From the NCBI RefSeq assembly GCF_030144855.1, contig NC_082706.1, positions 113,832,001-113,896,000 of the forward strand: DNA of 64,000 bases. Reading direction: 5' to 3'. Under the pieces are notes generated by a model. The model was given only the letters and a program-made list of their open reading frames with translations. It had not been told where the DNA came from and did not search any database. How positions within the stretch are numbered: the stretch's first letter is position 1; each line of letters opens with the position of its first letter. Source of the DNA: Hypanus sabinus (lineage: Eukaryota). A program made the translations under genes and the position numbers. Shown in pieces: positions 52,301-61,300 of this stretch.

Positions 52301-55300
52301 AGATCAAGAAAGGGGAGAGAAGTGTCCGAGATGGACCAAGTGAATTTGAGGGCTGGGTGAACGTTAGAGGCAAAGTCAATGAAATTCACAAGCTCAGCAT
52401 GGGTGCAGGAAGCAGCACCAATGTAGCCGTCAATGTATCGAAGGAAAAGTTGGGGAGTAGTACCAGTATAGATTTGGAGCATAGACTGTTCCACATAACC
52501 CACGAAGAGGCAGGCATAGCTGGGGCCCATGCAAGTGCCCGTAGCTACACCCTTGATCTGGAGAAAGTGGGGAGAGCCGAAAGAGAAGTTATTAAGTGTG
52601 AGTACCAGTTCCGCCAACCTGAGGAGTGTGGTTGTGTTGGGGAACTGGTGAGGTCTATTGTCCAGAAAGTAGCAGAGGGCTTTGAGGCCTTCTGGATGGG
52701 GAATTGAAGTGTATAAGGATTGGACATCCATTGTGAAAATGAAGCGGTCGGGACCAGGGAACTGGATGTTATTGAAGAGGTGGAGGGCATGGGATATATC
52801 CTGGATGTAGGTAGGGAGTGACTCAATTATGGGTGACAAAATGGGAGTCGAGGTAGGCAGATACAAGTTTGGTGGGGCAGGAGCAGGCTGAAACTATAGG
52901 CCTACCAGGACAGTCAGGCTTATAGATCTCAGGGAGGAGGTAAAAGCGAGCAATGCAGGTTTTGGGAATTATGAGTTTTTTCATTGAGAATGGAAGGTCT
53001 CTGGAGTTGATAAGGGCAGTGATGGTACGGGAGACCATCATTGTAGTTGCTTTCATCTTGGAGATACTGCCAAGGTGAATATTTATTGGCTCTAATGTTG
53101 CGCAGTAAATGTAATGGTGGGCATTCATGAACTGCTGAAAAACTTTGTGGTGAGGTGCTCCTTCAATAGCTTTAGACTAGCAGTTACCTGTTTTTAACCC
53201 ACAAACAGTGAAAGATGAGTGATGTACAGTGTGTTCAAATTGGGCTGTTGTATGAACTGGAAAAAGGACTTGGTGTACTAAAATATCCATGGGCCTGCCC
53301 TCTGAGATATGAAGACCACAGGTTCCAGAAACCAAAAAAAGAAACTACAGAACCCAAAGTGTGAAAATGTGGGGATACATGTTGATTGAGAAGAGAGTGC
53401 TTTGTGATATAGGATCATAATTCTAAGGATAAATTGTTCTTTTAGGTGGTACCATGCCAACTTAACGCGGTTACAGGCTGAGCACATGTTAATGAGAGTG
53501 CCACGGGATGGAGCCTTCCTGGTCCGAATGAGGAACGAGCCCACCTCTTACGCTATATCATTCCGGTGAGTGATGATGAATTTTATGTCTGAATTAATAC
53601 TTTTACAAGCTACACAGATTTTATTTTAGAGACTTTATACAGATGAAATGGTCGATCATTCCGGCAGTATGGAAAGAGTTCCTGCATAAGTTGACCATGA
53701 ATATAAGCAAACGACAAAATTTTCTGTCTTTTGAAGGATCATAATATGTTCACTTGGGTGATCTATTTCAAATCTAAGTCTACTAGTACGAATTTTGTTT
53801 CATTGACAAAGGGAAAATAGTCCTGAATTAGGAGTAATGATACATATGGTTAGCTAGGCCAATGATTGATCTGAGGAGAGGGAAAATATTCATCCAGAAT
53901 TGGTTCAGAGTAGCTTGCTGCCTGCCTTTGTTTACCTCCTGTAAACCCTGTTCTTACCTGAGCAATTCCTTGGATGAGCAGTTCATCAAGGAAGTAGTGC
54001 TAATTTGAAAAACCAGGACCTTTCAGTTGTAAATCCTAAGTGTATGAATGGGATTGCTGAACAAGTGCTTGTTGTAAGCTTCAGGTCAAGTTTCCCATTG
54101 GGAAATTATAGAGGTTTGTGCTTCACTGCTAAATGTCCACTCCAATGTCAGAGCACGACAAGCTTAGCAGGGGCAGACGGCCACATTGATACTTGGGTCT
54201 TCTGCATTCAGCCATACTCCTGCACAGTTATGGATGTGAACACTTTTTGTAAAGTTATAGGCCATTATAAAACCCCACTAGGTGGAACACCTCTGAGCTT
54301 GAAGTACACCTGAATAAAAATGCTTCAGCCCCAATAATAAAATCATAAGAACATAAGAAGTAGGAGAAGGAGTAGGCCATCCAGCCCATCAAGACTGCCC
54401 TGCCATTCAATAAGGTCATGGCTGATCTGTCTGTAAACTCAGCTCCATCTACCTGCCTTTTCCCCATAACCCTTAATTCCCCTACTATGTAAAAACCTAT
54501 CTAACTGTTTCTTAAATATATTTAGTGAAGAAGCCTCAACTGCTTCCCTGGGCAGAGAATTCCACAGATTCACCACTCTCTGGGAAAAACAGTTTCTCCT
54601 CATCTCCGTCCTAATCTTCTTCCCTGAATCTTGAGGCAATGTCCCCTAGTTCTAGTCTCACCTACCAATGGAAACAACTTTCCTACTTCTATCATATCTA
54701 TACCTTCCAAAACTTTGTATGTTTCTATAAGATCCCCTCTCATTCTTCTGAACTCCAGAGAGTATAGTCCCAGGAGACTCAATCTCTCCTCACAGGTTAA
54801 CCCCTTCATACCAGGAATCAACTGGTGAACCTCCTCTGCACTGCCTCCAAAGCCAGTGTATCCTTCCTCAAGTATGGAAACCAGAACTGCACACAATACT
54901 CCAGGTGCGGCCTCACCAGTACCCTGTATAGTTGCAGCATGAATTCAATCCCTCTAGCAATGAAGGCAAACATTTTGTTAAGATTCTTAATAACCTGTTG
55001 TACCTGCAAGCCAACTTTTTGCGATTCATGCACAAGCACTCCCAAGTCCCTCTGCACAACAGCATGCTGCAATCTTTCACCATTTAAATAATTACCTGCT
55101 CTTCTATTATTCCCTCCAAAGTACATCATCTCACATTTACCAATGTTGTATACCATCTGCTAGACCTTGGGCCATTCACTTAACCTATCTATATCCCTCT
55201 GCAGACTCTCCACATCCTCTGTACAATTTGCTTTTCCACTCAGTTTAGTGTCATCAGCAAATTTTGCTACGCTACACTCAGTCTCCTCTTCCAAGTCGTC

Positions 55301-58300
55301 AGTATAAATGGTAAACAGCTGCGGACCCAGCACCAACCCCTGGGGCACCCCACTCACCACTGACTGCCAGCTGGAGAAACAAACATTTATACCAACTCTC
55401 TGCCTTCTATCGGTTAACCAATCCACTATCCATGCCAATACACTTCCTCCGACTCCATGCATCTGTGTCTTATTTAGAAGTCTCTTGTTTGGCACCTTAT
55501 CGAATGCCTTCTGGAAATCCATGTATACGACATCCACCTGTTCCCCTCTATGCATTGCACTCACTATGTCCTCAAAGAACTCCAGTAAGTTTGTCAAACA
55601 GGACCTGCCCTTTCTGAATCCATGCTGATCCTTCATCTTGAGCAGAAAGTTCACTGAATACATGTAGAATTATTCAAAAATGTTTTTTAAGTTAATCTTG
55701 TGAGTTGTGAGATCCATATTTCTCTTGTCATTAGTCACGCTTATCATGTACCTAATCAATGAAAATAGTTTCTAAGGTTATTTATTGGACCCATCTGCTT
55801 TGTGATTTCCAGGGCAGAGGGAAAAATTAAACACTGCCGTATCCAGCAGGAGGGACGCCTTTTCATGCTGGGAAGCTCTGCAGAATTTGAGAGCCTGGTT
55901 GACTTGGTGAATTATTATGAAAAGCACTCTCTGTACCGGAAAATGAAACTGCGATATCCAATCAATGAGGAAACGTTGGAGAAGATGGGCACAACAGTAA
56001 GTCTGGAAAATGAGCAATATATTCCTTTATTTTTCCTTTTTTACTTGCTTTCCTGCTGCTGTTTGGTACTGGGCTACATTTTCTCATTCTGTGTGAAGAA
56101 TGGGGCCAAGCAACCTTCAGTCAGATGACTAGCTACTGATTAGAGCAGCAGAGAAGTGCCTTTAGTGTTTAAGGACTTGCCATGCAAAAACTTTTAACCC
56201 TCTTGTTGTAACTTGTGTTGTGAACAGTAATATACACACACATTCATGTGAATATGCACATATTCTAAATACCTAAACTCAAAAAAAAAACAAGCTGTCA
56301 TATCAGATTGCCCATATCCCATGGAGAAAATGAGAAAGGTCTCCTTAGCAGGTTAGCTACACTGTTCAACAGACAAAAGATTTTTAATCTTATGCAAGTA
56401 TATGGGAACATTGGGATACACTGGAGAGCACATGTGGAGCGGAGCAAGTAATGTTGTAAATCTGAGAGTATTATCGACGTCTTGAGATGACCTGACTCAC
56501 CATTGGGAGACAGGAATATTTTCATGAACGTGGGCAGATTTACTACTTTATGTTATTTAACATCCTCCCTAAGAAACAGGAGACTGTCGGTAAAAGGCCA
56601 CAAGGTTGCTAGCTTAATAAATGAAATGAGAACAAATAGCTGGGTGAGTTTTCAACAAGGCAATTTTGTACCCTATTTTTCTTGTTTGTTAATGTTTTTC
56701 CTGAGAGGAACAGTGGCAAGAAAATAACAAGAATTCATCTTATTTAGACAAAACAGGACTGGGGTCAATTAGCCTATCAGCTGCTTATGATCAAGATGAA
56801 GATAAAAAGAAGTATTAATGAAAAATGAATTAGGACAAACTCAGTCTTATGTTGTTGCTCTTCTTGCAGTGGACATTTACTTTACAGTCTATTTTTCTTG
56901 GCAACAAACAATCTTCTGAATGAACTCAGCGGGTCTGTGGGATGAATGGAATTGTACGTTTCGAGTCAAAACGCTGCATCAGCATTCCTTTCCTCCCACA
57001 GATGCTGCTCGATCTGCTGAGTCCCTCCAACGGATTGTTTGTTGTGCCAGATTCCAGCCTCCACAGTCTCTTGAGTCTCCAGCTGTTCTCCTACTGACTA
57101 CGATTTAATTTTTTTCCAGGAACTGGACTATGGAGCCTTGTACGAAATGCGGACACCTCATTTTTATGTTGAAGCAAATAAGATGCCTACAGCAAGGGTA
57201 AGATAAAGTCTTAGTCTGCAGGGTTGGATGATAATGGGAGAATTTTCCTTTCAGTATTAGAGTCAGGCTGGATCCTTTCATTCTTAGTTGTGAGCGATAA
57301 TTTGAAATGAGCCTGCTGACATCTTAATTAAGTTCCTTGTATGCAGAGGCAAATGGACACTGAAATGGTAGCTTTACTCAGACTATAGGGTGTCCAATGT
57401 GGGAAATGCAAAATGTACATTTGTTAGTACCTTTCTAATGTTGTTTAAGACACTTGTTGGGGGAGGTAAGAGAACTTTATCCTTTTGCTAAGCCCTTGCA
57501 TCGCTGGCAGACATTTAAATGTACTCCCATCTCAGTAGATGTTTTGCATTTTGTTTGGGTATAGGCCCTGACAACCTGTCATCAGGGAGCTGGTTCTCTT
57601 CACTGATCCCTGCCACAGGCTAAAGAGTTTAATATGATTAGCCACCCCCTACAGTTTATACAGAAGCCTTAATGCCAGATTGAAAAATTAAAGGGTGTCA
57701 TTTACACCTCTCCATTGATGCTGCCTGATCTGCTGGGTTCCCTCAGCATTTTGTGTTTCAAGCGAAAATGCGAGATTGCTTGATCCTGGTTTCTATGTGA
57801 GTATATAGTTCAGTTCAATGAAGCTTAATATTTCCTTCCTTCTAGTGCACAGTTAAAGCTCTGTACGACTACAAAGCCCAGCGGGAGGATGAGTTGTCCT
57901 TCTGCAAGCAGGCCATTATTCACAATGTCGACAAGCAGGAAGGTGGATGGTGAGTTTGCTGATTTTCTACTTGAAATAGATTTTTGTTTTTTCAATTTGG
58001 ATGTGATGCCAGCTCATATTGCTAATGACAATAAGGAAGCAGAGTAGAATATTGCTAAAGAAGATCGATCATAACAAACTTTGAAAAGCAGATGTGGGAA
58101 ATTTAAATCATGTGAATGGGCAGAGAAGAAAGAAGGGGAATGGGGGGCTGGGAGGGGCAGAGGCTGACAGCTGGGAAAATGGAAACTGAGGAGATGTGGA
58201 GCATTACAGACTGAGGCCCCAGTGTAAGATCCTGACAGGTGGGAATTTAATTATGAACTGAAGGACCGGTGGTTGGGAATTGAGAGTAAAAGACTGAAGG

Positions 58301-61300
58301 TTTGGAGCAAGAAAATGCACATTTGGGAACATAGAATTAAACACTATAGATCTAATATTCATTGAACGCATATAGACTTTATCCTGCTTAAATTACTAGC
58401 AAATAGGTTTCTCAATCATAACATAAGGTATCATGGAATAAGAAAATACTTGAAGTTGAACATAATTTACATTTGAAAGGACTTTTCCGATTTGGTATTG
58501 ATATTATTCTAAATTTACAGTTCACATTCCACTTGTTTGATTCCTGAAAAAATGTCTGATCAATTGAAACTACAAGAAGTCCCTCTTTACAGGGGCCACT
58601 TGTTCCTAGAAAAATACATCACAATTTTTTATAACATGAAGCAACATCATATGCATGTGTGAAGAAAAGCAACTTGCAAGAAAAAGTTGTGTTTATTTGT
58701 TTACTTTTTTCACATAAATTCTGAGAGTTTGAATTTTATTTCCATATCTCAGATCTTTTGGATAGTGACTGATGAATTCTATATGGACAAATTTCCTTGA
58801 TGGGCCATAACACATGGGTCACTGTATATGGAGGCCATGTAATTTATTAGGACATGCACAAGCAGTAGACAGAGTGCAGATATCTCATTTTACTGTGATG
58901 AAATTGAGTCATTGTGCCTGTACCAAAATATTAAAGACTAATGCTCTTTTGACCTTCAAGTCTGGTCCAAAACTCTTGAGTAACACTTCATATCAGCTCA
59001 ACATATGTGCACATTTATATTGTGCTGGGGAGCATTTAAACTAATTTGGTAGGGGGATTGAAACAATTGATGGACAATTGGTTTAAAAGTCAATGCAGTG
59101 TGCAGTGAGACTGTGAGGAAGGACAGGCAAGAGATGGGGCAAAATTGCAGTCAGTGGGATGAAGTGAAGTGTAACATGTGGGCAAAATCGAAAAGGGTGA
59201 TGAGCATAGGATTGAAGGCGTTATATTAGAATATTCACAGTGTATGACATAAAGTAGATGATCTTGTTGTGTAGTTAGAGATTAGTAGGGATGACATTTT
59301 GGGCATCACTGAGTGACTGAAAGAACAAATTTGGGAGCTTAACATCCAGGAATACACACTGTTTCCAAAGGATAGGCAGGTAGGCAGAGGGGATGGGGTA
59401 ACTCTCTTAGTAAAAAGTGAAATCAAATCCTTAGAAAGGTGACGTTAGGTCAGAAGATGTAGAATCCTTTTGGGTAAGAATCTGCAAGGGCAAAAAGACC
59501 CTGATGGGAGTTATATACAGGCCCCTGCATAATAGCTAGAATGTGGGATATAAATTATGTGGGTAGAAAAGGCATCTGATAAGGGCAACTTTACAATAGT
59601 CATGGGGATTTCAATATGCAGGTAGACTGGGAATACCAGGTTGATAGTGCTAGATTCCAAGGGAGGGAATTTGTAGAATGCCTACGAATTGGCTGTTTTT
59701 TAGAGCAGCTTGTGCTTGAGCCCACTAAAGGAAGGGCGATTCTGGATTGGGTGCTGTGTAATGAAACAGATTTGATTAGGAAACTTATGGTAAATGAATC
59801 CTTAGGAGGCAATAATCATAATATTTATTTAGAGATACAGTACTCTTCTAGCCCTTTGAGCCATGCCACCCCAGGAATCCCCAGTTCAACCCTAGCTTAA
59901 CCCATGAGACAATTTACAATGGCAGATTAACTTACCAACCGGTACATCTTTGGACTGTGGGAGGAAACTGGAGCATCCGGAGAAAGCCTTCTTGTTCCAC
60001 AGGGAGGATGTACACACTCCTCACCGATAACTTTGGAATTGAACTTCAAGCTCTTAACACCCCAAGCTGTAATAGCATCACGATAACCACTACATTACTG
60101 TGACATAGGTAACCACTACTACCTCGATAGTGTTAGAATTTACCCTGTAGTCTGAAAGGTGGATGTATCCGTATTACAGTGGTGTAAAGGGAATTACAGA
60201 CTTGAGAGAGGAGCTGGCCAAGGTTGATTGGAAGGGAGCACAATCAGGTATGATGGTAGAACAGCAATGGCTGGTCTCTCTGGAGGCAATTCAGATGGCG
60301 CAGGTCAGATACATCCTGAAGGTGAAAAAGTCTTCTAAGGGATGGATGAGGCATCCACGGCTGACAAGTGGAGGGAGCTTCACTCTGCATCTGACCGCAG
60401 GAGTGTATGATGGGACAGTGTAACGACAGTATAAAGTGAGGGCATATAATATAGTAAAAAAAAGTGTGAAGTTAGAGGATGGGAAACTTCAAAAAAAACA
60501 ACAGAAGGCAACTAAAAAAGTAATAAGGAGAGAAAAGATGAAATATGAAGGTAAGCTGGCCAATAATATCAAAGAGGATACCAAAAGTTTTTTTCAGCTA
60601 CGTAAAGAGTAAAAAGGAGGCAAGAGTGGATATTGGACCACTGGAAAATGACATTGAAGGGGTAGTAATGGGGGACAAAGAAATGACAAACAAACTTATT
60701 AAGTATTTTGTGTCAGTCTCCACTGTGAAGATACTAACAGTATGCCAGAAGTTTGAGTGTCAGGGCAGAAGTCAGTGTATTTGCTATTACTAAGGAGATT
60801 GTGGAGGCATTGGTAACACTCTTTCAAGAATCACTAGATTCTGGAATGGTTCCAGAAGACTGGAAAATTGCAACTGTCGATCCACGCTTTAAGAAGGGAG
60901 GGAGACAGAAAAAAGGAAATCATAGGCCAGTTAGCCTGACATCAGTGACCGGGAAAATGTTGGAGTCCAGTATTAAAGATGAGGTTTTGGAGTTCTTGGA
61001 GGTGCAGGATAAAGTAGGCTAAAGTCAGCATAGTTTCCTCAAGGGGAAAGCTTGCCTGACAAATCTATTGGAATTCCTTGAGGAAATAACAGGCAGGATA
61101 GATAAAGGAGTCAGTGTATGTTGTTTGTTTGGATTTTCAGAAGGCCTTTGATGAGCTGCTACACATGCAGCTGCTTAAAAAGATAAGAATCCATGGTATT
61201 ACAGGAAAGTTACTAGCATGGATAGAAGTTTGGCTGACTGGCAGGAGGCAAAGAAAGGGAATAAATGGGACCTATTCAGGTTGGCTGCTGGTGACTAGTG

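Noticed and set aside
51141-52379. 412-aa minus-strand ORF as a novel Pro/Ser/Thr-rich protein
   Set aside because: Its N-terminal part is an alternative frame of the PLE RT. Only the C-terminal part is the real GIY-YIG frame, reached after a frameshift.
52114-52707. 197-aa plus-strand ORF
   Set aside because: Antisense shadow of the PLE RT coding sequence.
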